64,000 nucleotides of DNA from Chrysomallon squamiferum (taxonomy: Eukaryota; Animalia; Mollusca): the NCBI GenBank assembly GCA_012295275.1, contig CM022671.1, positions 19,530,001 to 19,594,000 on the forward strand, written 5' to 3'. Numbering within the stretch: position 1 is the stretch's first letter; each line of letters starts with the position of its first letter. A program made the position numbers and the translations under genes. Under the pieces are notes generated by a model. That model was not told where the DNA came from, did not search any database, and worked only from the letters and a program-made list of their open reading frames with translations. Shown here piece after piece: positions 13,247 to 27,875 of the stretch.

Positions 13247-14078
13247 GTGAGCATCTGGATGATGTACAAGTTTATTTCCCGTTTATAGTCACCATCACAT
13301 TGACACAACTAACCGTTCAGTGGGTTAGCACATCACTGGTTAGTGAAAGTACAAGATAAATTATTCTCAAAGTCAGTTTTAAATTTTAACACATAAGAGG
13401 TCTCGAAATCAGAACCGACAAAGATCAATGACTACCTTTGTTTACTTTATCTATACAATCATCTTTACAATTATTTGGTGGTTTATGACAATCCATTTGG
13501 TATTTCTCTAATGTAGCATATTTAAATATATACCACTACCCTTTAAATATTTAAATATTATCAAAATCCTCAATTTTTTATCTCATTTTGGTTTGTGATA
13601 AGATATATAAATATATAAGATGCATACACACAAGCATACGTACAGACATACATCATCCACATAATATTGTAAACACATTTGTCCTTATATATGAAGATTA
13701 TATATCCATTTTGCATTGTTAATCTTTACTTCGAACAGAGAAAATTAACTCATTAGTATCAGTTCTGAAATAATTTTGTGACATTTCGCTTAACCAGTGT
13801 AATTAGGCGAGCATGGCTTGTAAAGCTTCCGTTAGAAAAACAGAATCAGTTTAGTTTGTTACCGTCATTCTTAAACTGTTCTGTGTTGTTGTTGTCTTTC
13901 TATGCCGTTAATAGCTTAGCGTCAGAAAGAAGCAGAAAAATATGAAAAACTGACAAGAAAAGTATCCAAAACAGAAACAAGAAAAATAAACGTGATATCG
14001 AAACAATAATGATGATGTTTTAAAGATTTATTTTTCAACAAACAAATCAAAAAAATATAGTTCTATGTGTGTGTGTGC

Positions 14079-14114
<36 letters not shown>

Positions 14115-16762
14115 ATGAACATATCTGTGGGTGTATATACATTTTTATATAAAATTCTATAAAAGAAGAAAAAACAAACTTGACAATTTCCGCTAAACGA
14201 AGATAATTGCTACACAACAAAACAGCATAAATAAATAATGAATGCTGGAGGGAAATTGTTCTATTCAGTGGATCTGCATCACTATTTTTTCTAAGAGTCA
14301 TTGTATTAGTTATTCTACATAATGTCAGTTTGGTCTCTCTGTATTTATGTGCCTGTCTTTATAGTTATTCTCTCTCCTCTCTCTCGCACTGTCAGTCTCT
14401 CTCGTTCACTCACTTTTACTCTCTCTTGCTTTATGTCTTTCTGTTTCTATGTCTATTTTCTCACTATTTCCCATTTAAAATACTCTTATTCAAGAAGTTT
14501 ATACTGACATTTACAAATACACATAGATACATCATAAACTTTTTTTTTTTATAAATAAAATGTATTAAAATACATTTTTAATAAAACAATTTTATGAATT
14601 TTACTGTAAGAGTTGATATTAGAGCTGTCTGTGCAAAAGTGGTTTGATATTTGACGTTTTATATCGTCATAAACGTTAGAGAAGCCAAAACAAGTCACTG
14701 AAAATGCTGCACATCTTTTTAATTGTTTCAACTTCAACATCGTCATTAGTCAGTGTTAATACAGGCACAAGCAAAATGTTTTCAGGTGACCGTAATCGAC
14801 AATCAGCTTAACTGAGGTGACCGATATAAGCAAGTGACCGCTCTGCTCAAGTTACAATTAGCTCATATTTACTTCATTTCAATATCTCTGCTCAGGTCGC
14901 CAAGGGTATAATGGAACTATTACCAAACGACAGAAACTTTCATCTTTAAGGTTTATCATAAAAAAGCATACTTGAAACCTAATACCCTTTCACTTTTTTA
15001 AAATTTATATTTTATTTCATTTTTTTTTTTTTATGTTTTATTTTTTGACATTCGATTAAATAATACTTATTTTATTTTATTTTATTTTATTTTATTTGCT
15101 ACTGGGAGTCGGTCGAATTAAAATTATTCCTGAAAGCCGCTCTCAGTATCATTAACAAATAATTAAAACAAAAAATTCAACTGCACTATCCCAATACATC
15201 GATCCATCAACCTTTGGCATCTTATGCTGCATTTGTAACTACAAAATGCAGTTTGTTTTGCATGGACATTGATTCGTTAATGAGTTCCAGAGAATCCTGA
15301 TGTAGATTCTGCTGCTATCAGAGAATCATAATTAGCCTATATCATTCGCTCACTTCAAGATAATACGAGTCATATGTCAGCGTCATTAAAGTATTTTTCT
15401 GAAATTAAAGATAAACGCTTACTGATCAGAATTTTCACGATGTGGATAATTGTGTGTCATTTATAATTAGTGAAGTTAAAATCAATGATTTGTTTTAAAA
15501 AAAACAAAAAAACCTTTTAGTTTACCCTGAAATATTTATTTGTGACTTCTTGTTATCTGATGTAGCTTTTACACACGTAATGTCTTTATTTTTATTTTTC
15601 CCCGGAAGCTTAATTAACTAAGTTAAGTTAATAATCAAAACAAAATTTATTCTCTTATTGATTTCTTATATCAAATTTAGAAAATATTATTGAGGAAAAA
15701 CCTAAGAACATCGGCCATGTGTGTGCATTATGTGCTATTCTTAATGCATGTGCATGTGTCTAAGCGTCTGAGTATAAGAGTGAAGAGAGAGAGAAAAGAG
15801 ACTGAGTATACGAGCATGTCCAAGTTCACGTGTGTGTGTGTGTGTGCACGCACTGCTTCAGTTAATTTACAAAGAATTCATAGTCTAATACACGCACAAG
15901 CCTTTATTGCCAGAAGTAAACATTAATACTGCCAACAGCATGACACGAAAGTCTAACGCCATGTAATCTACAGAGGCAATCCGCAAATACATTAAACATT
16001 CATTATATTTGTATTTGACTCCATCAGTGGGTTGTTTGTAAAGATGTAACGGACTAAGAGAAAATTATCGTTAGAAAAATCAATGTTAAATTGTCATAAC
16101 CTGGTAGTTGTTTCATCTCACTCGCTGTCAGAAGTCCGATGTGCGTGATCCGCAAACAGATAATCTGATTTTATCAATATGTGAAATATAGATTTTAATA
16201 ACTGAAACAGCGTCCACCAAATAAAATCACACTAAAAAATAAACACATACATTTTATCAGTTACCAGTAATATTTATTGTTTCTGTTTTATTTTATTTTA
16301 TTTATTTATTTATCAGTTTCTATTAACTCCTGAGAGAAGAGCTGTTTTCATTTATATAGATTCGTTAATTCTGTTCATGTGCTGTGTATAATCTATATAA
16401 TTTTTCAATTATTTTTGGTATATACATATATATCTAAAATATTGCTTTCTATCGTGTCTGAATGCATTTTTCAAACACTTCTAAAACTGTTAAAATATAA
16501 ATTGAGAAAAAAGAAAAGAAATAAAACAAAATGCGATTCACCGTAAGACATCCAGTTTAAATCGGAAGTTAGTTTGACTGTAATAAAATTGATATTTTAG
16601 AGATCGTAACTGGGCCATAAAAATATAATGCCAGTGATTTCAAAAAGCATTGATAATCGAAATCGAAATTCCGGAGAGCGCTAAAACGATATTAAAACAT
16701 AAACTGTTATTATTAAAATGATAAGAAGGCATATTATGATGACTGATATGACAGCAGCAGCA

Positions 16763-16764
<2 letters not shown>

Positions 16765-16857
<93 letters not shown>
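16765..16857. repeat. (AG)n microsatellite preceded by (CAG)5
   Basis: Read directly from the sequence. Confidence 0.97.
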
Positions 16858-16860
<3 letters not shown>

Positions 16861-17010
16861 AACTATCTTAAAATAACGGTTTATATTGTAGTCTGTAATA
16901 ACCTTTTTATTATATCACATATTTCATTTCTATGAATATGACCTTTTTTCATAATGATAATACAACATATGGACAAAAGATAAGAAAACAACATCATTTT
17001 ATTTTAAACA

Positions 17011-17044
<34 letters not shown>

Positions 17045-19246
17045 AGCAGTATTATTGATTCCAATATCCTTATTTCAATCAAACAGAGAATGTCAAAGTG
17101 TTAAGTTATTTATAAGGAAAATGTTAGAAAGATGAGGTGACCTATAATTTAACAAACTGCATATACTTATTGTTAAAAAAAAAAAAATATATATATATAT
17201 GTCTGCACCTTTCTTTCTGTGTCTCACTATTATTCTGTTTGTCTCCCTTTCATTCTTTTCTTTTACTTTTTACTAATCTCTCTCTCTTTCTCAAAGAAGA
17301 AAAAAAATAATAACTAGCATCAGATTAATGTTAATATTAAAACGAATTCGTTAAAGATTGTTTATTTCATTTCACTCACTATTTGTATCTTAGAAAAATG
17401 AAGAGCTTCGCAGCAGTCAATTTTTAATATGACTCTTTTCTTATTTCGTTATTTTATTTTACTTTCCATTTTTAATATTTACATTTCAAAGAATAAAACG
17501 ACAACCTTAGTACAGTTATTATTATTTTTTAAAATTTTCTTTTAGGACATTCATTTGTTTTCCCATGTTTTTCAAAGACATATTTATCCTGCTTCATTAC
17601 GGTACTTGAACGAAACAGTTCGTGCATTAATTAATATCCTTCTATTTATAGAACTTGTAAAGAAGCAGATCAAAACGTTAACGCATGGATTTTAAAAATA
17701 TTTTGTTATTATTATATCTTTGTACGAAGTCATTATTCGTTTTCTCAGTAATGATGCAATTGGAACGTCTTTTTGATTAATTTGGCGAGGAATTGGCTCC
17801 AGGGCTAGAACTCCTTGAGTCGTTGACAATTTATTCTTTGATTTTTTTGTTTAATATTGCCTCGGGTGTTTTCTTTTATAGAACATTACAATAGTCGTTT
17901 TGTATTGTTTTTCATTCTTTTTTTTCTTTTCTTTTTCTTATTTTTTCTTGCTTACCGCATGAACCAAACTTAAAAACAAATCATATGTAATATACCTTTA
18001 TTATGCAAGATGTCAGTTTACGACCAAATGAATCTACCATAATTTAATTTACTAATTTACTCGCACTTTATTAGCTTTAGAGGTAAAAAATAAATAGATA
18101 ATGAAATAAAGCCCAATCCATTACTCCATTCAGTTTTTCATTTTTTCACCTTTCTTTTCAAGAATATTATTTTTAAATGACACGTTAGAAATTGTCTAAA
18201 TTAACCATTTATAGCTTCGAGTATGGATACAAACAAAAATTAATATCCTTTTATAAACATTCAAACAATGTTTTTTAACATTATAGTCTATTACAACACT
18301 CGGTCAAGCGTACATAAACAAATTATATCTGCTCTTTACAAAGCTGTCATTATTCTCGCTGTTAATATTTTGGCCATGCTCCATCTAAAGAGTTTGCGTT
18401 CAAGCGTATACACTAATCCGTCAAACACATCACAAAAGGCCGCTGCCTCTTGTTAAATTCCATATTAAATAGTTCCAATACATATAATTGTTATACTGTT
18501 AATATAGCACTGGTATTCATGGCTGTCTGATATTATATAGGTTTTGCTCGGAATATTTCGCGTGGTATTAAAGGAATTCATTACAGCTTGTCAGGAACTG
18601 GTAGTGTCCTGGCTGGCGGCTTTCTGAGGTGTAGAAAACAGCACCGAGTTAATCCTGCCATGTTCCGGAACACACATCCGGTTCACTTTAATTCAGTATT
18701 GTCGATACTGCAGGGGAAAACAAAAACACGGTCGATTATGGAGAAGGTTTTGAAATAAATGTATCTTGACGAGAAATAACTTATTTATTTATTTATTTAT
18801 TTATGAAATTTATGAAATTTATGCTGTTATATTATATAAATTAGTATTAATTTCAATACCAGTTACTATGGACCAGTTGACCGGTTTATCCCGTTCTGTG
18901 TGGACCGATCCACGTCCTAGGATTATAAACCCAAGATACTTCATTTTAATCTAACTTGCATGTTCACTTTTTTGAATTAAGATAATCATGCACAAAACTG
19001 TAATCAGAAATGTGAATAATGTATTGTCTTATCTAAAGGAAATAGCATAGCAAACTCATATTGTTTGCATGTCTTTTTCATTTCTGGTAAATTGTAGTCA
19101 GCCCATATATACGTCAAACTTTGTTCAGACTGATCTCTGTTTGCTTTGTTATTCAAGAGAAAAAGAATATCGCATTTTTCTAAACAAAAGCCCCATCATC
19201 ATCAACACTTTTAATTAAATATGTTTTATTGATTACCATCATCGTC

Positions 19247-19309
<63 letters not shown>

Positions 19310-22191
19310 GTTATTTATACGTAAAATTAAATACATTTCTTTCCATCATTTTTACACATTTTATTTTCTGATTATCTGTTCTATAATGGTTGTTGTTATT
19401 GGCGAGAAAACAAATTTCTTCTTTCAACTCACACTATACATATTTCGCTAATGAAGTCAGTGACTCTTGCTTGGTCTTCTTTGATTAATGATCCTTAGTG
19501 GATTCCAGGCCTGCCTTTTCATCTGCAATATTTAATTAGGTAAAAATCCAATTAATACTACATACTAGTTCTGTTTTGCAGTTACTTGGGTTACAAACAA
19601 TGTTATGATAAGGCAATTGTTTATCAACAGATGCATCCATCACTCGTACATTCTCATTTCACACAAACCTCGCTTTATATGACGTCTGCAGTGTTTTTTC
19701 CTTAATTATATATATATTTTTTCATTTTATGCAGTCGTTTTATTTTATTTAATCCTTTAAAATTGGTTTACTTTTGTTTATATCAACAATGTGCTGAACA
19801 TATTGCCAAACATTTTGGATTAAGTAATGTAAATTGAAGATTTTTTTGTTTTGTATAAAAATTATTATGTTTGATGCTTATTTTATTTTATTTTATATGT
19901 TTGTTTATTTATTTAGGAAATTTTTTTTAAAATTATATGTTGAACGAATGTTTTTTTTTGTTTTTTTTTTTGAATAAAGAAATATATTATCATCATTTTA
20001 TGAAACTATTGTTGCTGAGGTTTCAAGAACTAGTTATCCATGGACACGACACATAACAGTTTTCTTTGAGAGAGTAAGGTATTCTTGATTCCTTTGCGGA
20101 TATTTGTCTGCATGTGATTGAAAATAAGTATGTATTTTCCATTTGTGTTAAAAAAAATTACAAATATAAATGTATTTCATGTTATTTCTTTTTTCTCATT
20201 TATATACGAGATTACTTTTTGTAAATTAACTTCATATGTTGTAACATGCTATTTTGTGATTCATTAATCTGTACTAATTTACAAATGCGTCCAACATATC
20301 AATATCATAATTCAGTATGCAGAATTATCATATACGTTATAGAAAAATTCTTCTTGATCAAATTCTGTCGTTATTATTTTTTTAATGTAATCGACGAAAA
20401 TCATATAATCGTTACTTTACATCAAAAGGTAATTAACAAAGTATCTTGTTACAACAAAACTGATGTTATGATGTATCGTCTTAAAACACGGAATACTTCA
20501 GATTACAACCATATAAATTTTCTTTTATCTTTTTTCTTTTATAAAGAAACAAAAAAAAAAGTACACAGAAAAAAAGTTAATTAAATATTGATTACGAATA
20601 TTTCTTTAAATAGACTATGAACTTCACAAAAAAAAAATAATGTGAAAAAAAAAATTAAAATCTTTACCTAGTGGTGAAGTAGTTTTATATTTGAATTCTG
20701 TAACCAAGCAGACGAAAAAAAAAAAGAGTCTGGATTATTGTGGAGCAGTGACAGAACTGGTGACAATTTTGGAAACGATCTCCTTATCGTGTTTGTTTTC
20801 TGATCAATACACCCATAGGAGCAAATTACATGAACACTTCTCATACACCAGAATGATGAAATGACTCATATCTGATAGCATGGACACACTTACACAAATA
20901 TTAATTTAATCCTTCAAATATATGAGCGGTTTTTTACTCGAGTATGTTCACGCGAACCCACTCTACGACATTGATTGAGAAGCCAATGCCACTTTTTGAC
21001 AGAAGTTCAAGAAATAACTAATATTTGTTGATTTTTTTTGAATTTTTTTTTTTTTTTACTTTTTTCCTTTCTCTATAATAAAAACGTTTTATAGAACTGT
21101 ATCATCAAATAGAAATGCATTAGGTGATTTTTCCTCCTTTCCTGTTTTAACAGATAATAACATACATTTCTATATTTTCACACTCTTTCTTTCTTTTTCA
21201 TAGAAAGTACATTCTTATTATAAAACTCTACAATGCCAGGTCACTTTTGACAGAAGTTGACATAAAGAAACCAAGAGGTCTTGACTTTTCTGCTTTCCAA
21301 TTTTCGATTATGTTTTTTGTTCACAGTTTCATTCTGTTTCACATAATAAATTCGGATGATAAATGCGTAAAATAGACTGTCACATTTGATTAATGTTTGT
21401 ATCAAATAAAGAAGGTAATCTATCTTCTTTTATTTTCATTGAGAACATGAATTTGTTCTGCAAACGTTTCTAAAGTAAAAGATGATTATCTCTCTTTATG
21501 TCTCTCTTTTTCTTTTCGCCCTGTCTGTCCCTTTCTCTAAGAGAAAAATAAAGAAAAAGAAAAGTCAGTCTCTTAATATAATTATATTCCAAAATTCTTA
21601 AATTTATCAGTCGAATTTAAAAAAAAATCGAAATGTTCAAAAAGACTTGTTGCTAAAATTGTATAATTTTAATGAAATCAAACAGTATAATATTAATACT
21701 GAAAATTAATAAAAAAATGCAAGGTCGCTTGATAGTGACTACGATAATCTGTTTTTAAACTAAGTTGTATGTTTGGAATGTACGTGCACTGAGAATATCC
21801 GACATTTATCAAACTTTAAAAAGTCGACTTGATCTAAGATTGTTTAAATCATTTTAAAAGGAAACACGATACCATCGCTTCATTGAAGTAAGACTTAGTC
21901 TAAGATTGTTTAAATTTGACATATTGATATTTAAAAAAAAATATGAATACATATGCAGTAATAAATGAATAAAATATTACGTATTAAAATAAACCAAAAA
22001 TATTTTTTATATATATTTTAAAACTGTTCTACAATATTGATCTCTATTATTTTCTCGATAACATATATCTGTTTTAAGATAGACACCTTTAAGAATGTTG
22101 AAATATGTTACAAGGTAGGAAGCAAGCCTTTGTCACGAATAAGTAAGTATTTATGGATCTATAGATCTATCTTTGTACGTACTATTATTTT

Positions 22192-22305
22192 AAGAAAGAG
22201 ACAGACGTGTTTTTGTTTTCTATATATTTATCTTTACGATTGTGTGGCCTCATACGTGTGGTTTAGTACAACAGATATAATGAGAGGAAATCCTCTGCCG
22301 CCATG
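22192..22305 (-). mobile_element. Decayed 3' part of a tRNA-derived SINE (MetaSINE-like family seen in molluscs), reverse orientation
   Basis: ...TTTACGATTGTGTGGCCTCATACGTGTGGTTTAGTACAACAGATATAATGAGAGGAAATCCTCTGCCGCCA resembles the reverse of a recalled SINE tail. It also partly matches the reverse complement of CTCATTATCTGTATAGTCCTTAA in the in-window copy at ~31730. The family name is from memory. Confidence 0.5.
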
Positions 22306-25268
22306 CACTAAAGGACCATGTACTCTGGTAACTGAAAGGTAACATATCAACCGTTTCAGAAGATATATATTTCCAATTTCGCTTTCTAAATGCAATAACT
22401 GAGTGTCGTATAATGTATATTAATAGCTGTATTGATATTAGAAAAGATTGACTGTAATCTTACGAACAAAATTCGTCACCAAATTATATATTTAATTTTT
22501 TATTATTTTTTTAAAATTATTTCCAAGTGCTGATTCACCGCCGAATTAGCAGCCCAATTTTTTTGTTTTATATCCCGGTTCTGAATTTTGGGCCATATAC
22601 AAGAATGAAAATGTCATTTCCGAATGCATCTGACAATGCTAACAAGAATATACGGTTGAGCTATGCTAAACTTTAATCTCCGTGAAGGCTTAGAGTTCCC
22701 AATAAAAGCGATTCTAAATCGTATGGTGAGAGATAAACACGTACTGTCACGCAAGAAAACATTTCACATTAGTTCCTGTTTATACATCCTTGTGTTACTA
22801 TAGTTTTAAATGTGTTGATGCATTTTAGTGTGTATCTTTTGTGTTTTGCCACACTGTCTATATGTTGTGGGTTAATGTCTTAATTTTTCTTTTCATTGTT
22901 ATTTTGTGTTAGTATGATGTTTTTTTTCTGTTTTTAACTTATGTGTATGTTATTGGTCAACTGTCAGATTTTTCTCTCATAGTGTTGTTGTTGCTGCTAT
23001 TTAATCATCTTTCAGAAGAATTTTTTTTTTTTTTTTTTTTTTTTTTGTTTTTTTTGTTTTTTTGTTTGTTTGTTTGTTATAAATACCTAGCATTTTATAT
23101 AATCTATATAACATATATATAATCATGATTTACTGTTTTCATTAGATTCACAATTTAATTAACAAACAAGTATTTTATAATAGTAATAATAATAATAATA
23201 ACACAACAACAACAACAAAATACAATAATATGACATAAATAAATAGATTAACTGAAGGGAATTTTTTTTGTTTTAAATCTAAAATTAGCAAAATGTCAAT
23301 ACCGTGAAACTGTTTTTATTATTCTTCTGACAAAAACCAGTACTGGTGTAAGTTATTTGATATTATCTGCAATTATAGTCATAGCTTTGGGTCAGATGAA
23401 CAGGTTATTAAACGCTGGACATTTTAATTCAAGTAATATTACATCCTTCGTTAAGTCATTTACTTTTGTCTCTTGGAGCAAAATCACTGACCTAAAAAAA
23501 AATATCCAATGTAACAAACTAAAATTGATATCACTGGAAATAACATAATTATTTGCTACAGGAAAATTTGTTTATATGCGAACAGTTTCAGCAAAACGAT
23601 ATGAATAACTTTCTGTTATGTAATTGTAATAACTTTTGTACAGATAGGAAACAGAGACAGACAGAGAGACAGACAGACAGGCATATATACTAATGTACAT
23701 ATACACTTAACCTCTACTGTGATACATTCATACTTTCCACTTTTGTTTTCTTGGGCGCCATATTGGATAGGTTATAATAAAAGATATACACACATAAATG
23801 CAGCAACACTTTAAAAAAATGCGATCGCACAATCTCAAGACTAAAGGCCGTAATTCATGATATATATTTGCTATAGGGCATGCCTATAATCCTTACTTTG
23901 ACCTCGATTTTGATGAAAGCATCTGTTCTTATCTTTACTAGATATTGAGGTCAAAACCGACGCCAAAAGAAAGCTTGTCAGAACATTATTCGTAAACCGA
24001 GACCAAAATTGCACGTCTAGATGTATCTGATTTGTCTCATCATACTTTCTATTTGTCGTTAGTAAGGAAAACGGATGATTCCGGTTCGTTGGTCGCCTGA
24101 AGCAGTTATTATTCAACGATGACAGCGTAAAATTTGTTAACTGGTAGAAAACATGTCTTGAAACGTGAAACTGAAAAGATAAAATAAGATTAAGAACACC
24201 ATACTGGGTTGTTTTGAAAATATAGAACATCCATGCTAATGAAATTTATAAATTTATAAATATGATTTTACAGTATTTATGTTGAATATAAATGCAGTGA
24301 CAAATTAATGTCGTTATTATAAACATCACCATTACCGTCATCGTTATGATTATTATCATAGTTCAACATCATAGTTTGTTGTGATTCTTCAGTATCCAGT
24401 GACCAGTGTCTCTGTTATACTTAAAATTTATCAGTTTTGATAGTCCGTTATATATATATATATATATATATATAAATCTAGAATAATTATGATCTGAGAT
24501 TATCGAATAAGGACAATTCAGAGCAAACACATACACACACGCACACCCCCACACACACACACACACACAACACACATCCACCCATTTGTGGACTAGTCAC
24601 TACGTCCTTTTGATAAGTACTCAAATTTTTCTCATTGTAATACATCATCTGATAAAACAATACGAAAATTCGCACACTTGTAACGCTGTGCATAAATATG
24701 CATGATGGCATTTGCTCTAAGTCTTTACTCAGTCTCCGACAAACATTGCTGTCTCGCTTGCCAAAGCATCATAATTTCAGAGTCTGTTCACAAACATTCG
24801 TGACTGTCACAACTGCAGAACAACGTGATTACAATGTGTCAACAGGCGGAATGTTATTAAGTAAATTATTGATAGCTGAAGTAGTCTGCCAGCACGGAAT
24901 CCAAAACAACCGTCCTTTGATTTAACATCATTTTCAAGTGTCATCTGGCAGAGACAGAAGACAGTTTGACGAGTTTGTGAGAAGTTATTATCGCACGATA
25001 TATTATTAATTAAATAACCTGATGTGAATAAATTTATCTTGTCATTTTCTTAATAAGAAATCTGAAAAATATAAATATTTTGAATGACTGGGTCTATTTT
25101 CCGGATTAAATTATTCTTACTTGTATTTCCATATTGTACGATTCAAAATGTATTTAGTGAAGGTTTTTATATTATCTTGGACAAAACAGTGGAGTTAACA
25201 GGAAATAAGGTAACAATATACTGTGTATTTACATTATTAAAGCGAAAAACATTCTTTTTCCTCCCTCC

Positions 25269-25272
<4 letters not shown>

Positions 25273-25362
<90 letters not shown>
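25273..25362. repeat. (TC)n microsatellite
   Basis: Read directly from the sequence. Confidence 0.97.
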
Positions 25363-25366
<4 letters not shown>

Positions 25367-26084
25367 GCCAATATATACATACCATCCAATATTTCCCACT
25401 GTTTCATTCCTTATTTCATTATTCCTACTTTTCCCCTCTCTAATGTTTATTCTGTCTTTCGCTTATGCGCATGTTCTTTTCGATAATATGATGGCAATAT
25501 ATGTATTATCATCTGTATCATGAGTTGTGCCGGTTTATGAGAATCAGTTTATTAAATGACTGGAAACAACAGCTGCTGTTCTATGTGTGAATATCAAAAT
25601 ACTGAAGAACATAATTAGAAACTTGATACATATTCTACAGTTATAGTGAATTACTCGACAAAACAATATAAAGAAAGGTCATGCGGTCGAACGCCTGTTT
25701 CTAATTAGATATCTTTTATATCTAGATGTTTGTCCGTCTGTGTGTCTTATCGATCTTTCTACCCAAGAATAATTGCTATATCAAATTATAATTTGTCTTC
25801 GTGATTATTTGTAAAGACAGTACAATAACAGAACCTATGAGTTTTGTTCCACTTAGCAACAAATAGATGTTTTAAAAATAAATTGACACATCTTTCTGCA
25901 TTGATACATACGTATGTTCGTACGTACTAATACGTTTATATACACACACGCATATACACGAATGTATGACAACGTACGTAAATAGATATATCAGAAATAA
26001 ACATAAATACCAAAATGATTATTCAATACTTCGTTCTATTGGATCAGTAACAAATATTTATCTGTAGATATCATTAGTCTGCAC

Positions 26085-26230
26085 CAGGTATGGGCAACCT
26101 TTTTCGAGAAGCGGGCCACATGAGACATGGCTCATCCTCAGGCGGGCCGCAGGTACTAATTTACAGTGTAAATGGAACAGTTAGGCGGGCCACTGAGAAA
26201 GCCGCGGGGGCCGCAGTTTGCCCATGCCTG
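26085..26230. mobile_element. 146-bp non-autonomous hAT (Charlie-like) MITE
   Basis: TIRs are CAGGTATGGGCAACCT and, reverse-complemented, CAGGCATGGGCAAACT (14/16). The 8-bp flanks GTCTGCAC and ATCTATAC match 5/8 and resemble the NTCTAGAN target preference of Charlie elements. The GC-rich interior repeats GCGGGCC. Confidence 0.8.
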
Positions 26231-26299
26231 ATCTATACTGATATAAATAATTCTTAATACTCCGTTAAACATCTTTTCAGTTCACTGTGTAATACGCAT

Positions 26300-26790
26300 G
26301 CATTTTATTACATGCTAGTACGGTTTTTCTTCTATTTTATGTATTACCTTTCTAAATTATTTCTTCCAAGTAATAAGTAAATTTCCATGATGTTTTCTTC
26401 CAAATTACGTTATCTTTTCAGTTTTTTATCTCTGTCAATATTTTATCACACATTAACAAGAGCCTCTTTAAACTATTTTATGTAATGCGTTCTTGAACCA
26501 TTTCTTCTTTCCCTAGCGTATTCTACACAGACCGCTAAATACCTTTTCTGTTCTTTAAATATGTATGTATGTTACCACACATTAACACCGGCCTCTTCTT
26601 CTTCTCTATTTTCATTTAATGCATTCGTGAACCATTTCTTCTAAATAAATTTCCCTGGTGTTTTCTAAGCATCTTTTCAATTCTCTGTATTACGTTACGT
26701 ACTTCATTACAGATTAAACTCATTTTTTATTTTATTTTATGTACTGCGTTTTTTTAACGTATAAAGTTAAATTTCCCTGACGCATTCTCG
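26300..26790. repeat. Old degenerate tandem repeat, unit ~120-140 bp, about 4 copies
   Basis: Recurring blocks CACATTAACA..GCCTCTT..CTATTTT..TAATGC.TTC.TGAACCATTTCTT..TTTCCCT at ~26450 and ~26578, with more diverged copies ending near 26385 and 26778. Confidence 0.6.
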
Positions 26791-27619
26791 AGCAATACGC
26801 TGTACATCAGGACACTCTACTATTCAGTTGACACAACGTCGCAGGATTAACGTTGTCTGTACCGATCTTCAACACAGTTATGTGAATTCTCTAGATTCAT
26901 TTACATTCAAGACAAAATTAGAAATCATAGCAATAAATGTTTCCAGCGACCTCTCTCCTTAACCCAGGTTAATGTATTTGTATCTCCCATGTTCCCCAAC
27001 GTAATACGACAATCGAAGAAATAAAATTAAAAAAAATAATATAGTTTAGTTGCGTTTGAAAACATGATTTTTAAAAAATATATATATTTATCACTCTATA
27101 AACTGCTAATGAATATGCTTTTGTCAATACCAATGACTGTGTGACTCTTTGTTGTTTCTTTTACTGATTTCATATTTATTTATTTATTTATTTTTATCTT
27201 TCTTCTAAACAATACGGCTGTAGAGAAATCTAATATTTAAACTTTAAATAGATATACATAAGAAGATCAGCTTAACTAATGTATATCTATTAAAATAAAT
27301 GGATTCATGTAAACTAAAAACGATATTTTGTAAAAGAAATTGTAGCAGACTTAAATTTCAGTTGTCGTATATTAATATGACAGACATGTGTGCAATGAAG
27401 AATGAAGGATGAAAACAATCTCTTTTCGTGACAGTTTTACAGATTAACAACAAGTCCAAAACATAAAGCTATGCGAATCTTTAGAAAAAAAACCCACAAT
27501 TATTTAAAATCATAACTGGCACTGCCTTTCTTTTATTGTTAAAATGATAGAAAAGAAAATACTCAAAACTAATAGCGAAACTTTGTGAAATGTTCGTCTC
27601 GGTGAATCACAAATTAATA

Positions 27620-27875
27620 ATGCTCTGACGTTTGAGGCCCTGAACTTGATCTGTTGTGGAGCCCTTTGACAGAAGCAAACGTCCTTGGTAAACACTGTTG
27701 TTTTCTTAGATGGGCTTGTTCTATGACAAATCACCATAAATGTTTTAAAAATTTTACCATGGCTTTTCAGATCTGGATTCAATTTTTGAATGGACTAAAG
27801 TTTCTTTTAGGGCCCCACTTGGATCAGAGGTCTTGAAGCTTAAGCTTTATTAGTTTCATAACAGATCCACCATTG
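27620..27875 (-). mobile_element. Decayed hAT-Tip100 (MER91-like) non-autonomous DNA transposon
   Basis: The minus strand starts CAATGGTGGATCTGTTATGAAACTAATAAAGCTTAAGCTTCAAGACCTC...GGGGCCC, resembling the recalled MER91-type terminus (CAGNGGCGGATTTACCGTGAAGCTAATGAAGCTTAAGCTTCAGGGCCCC). The opposite end has the GGCCCTGAA...GAGCCCT motifs but its TIR is eroded. Confidence 0.55.
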
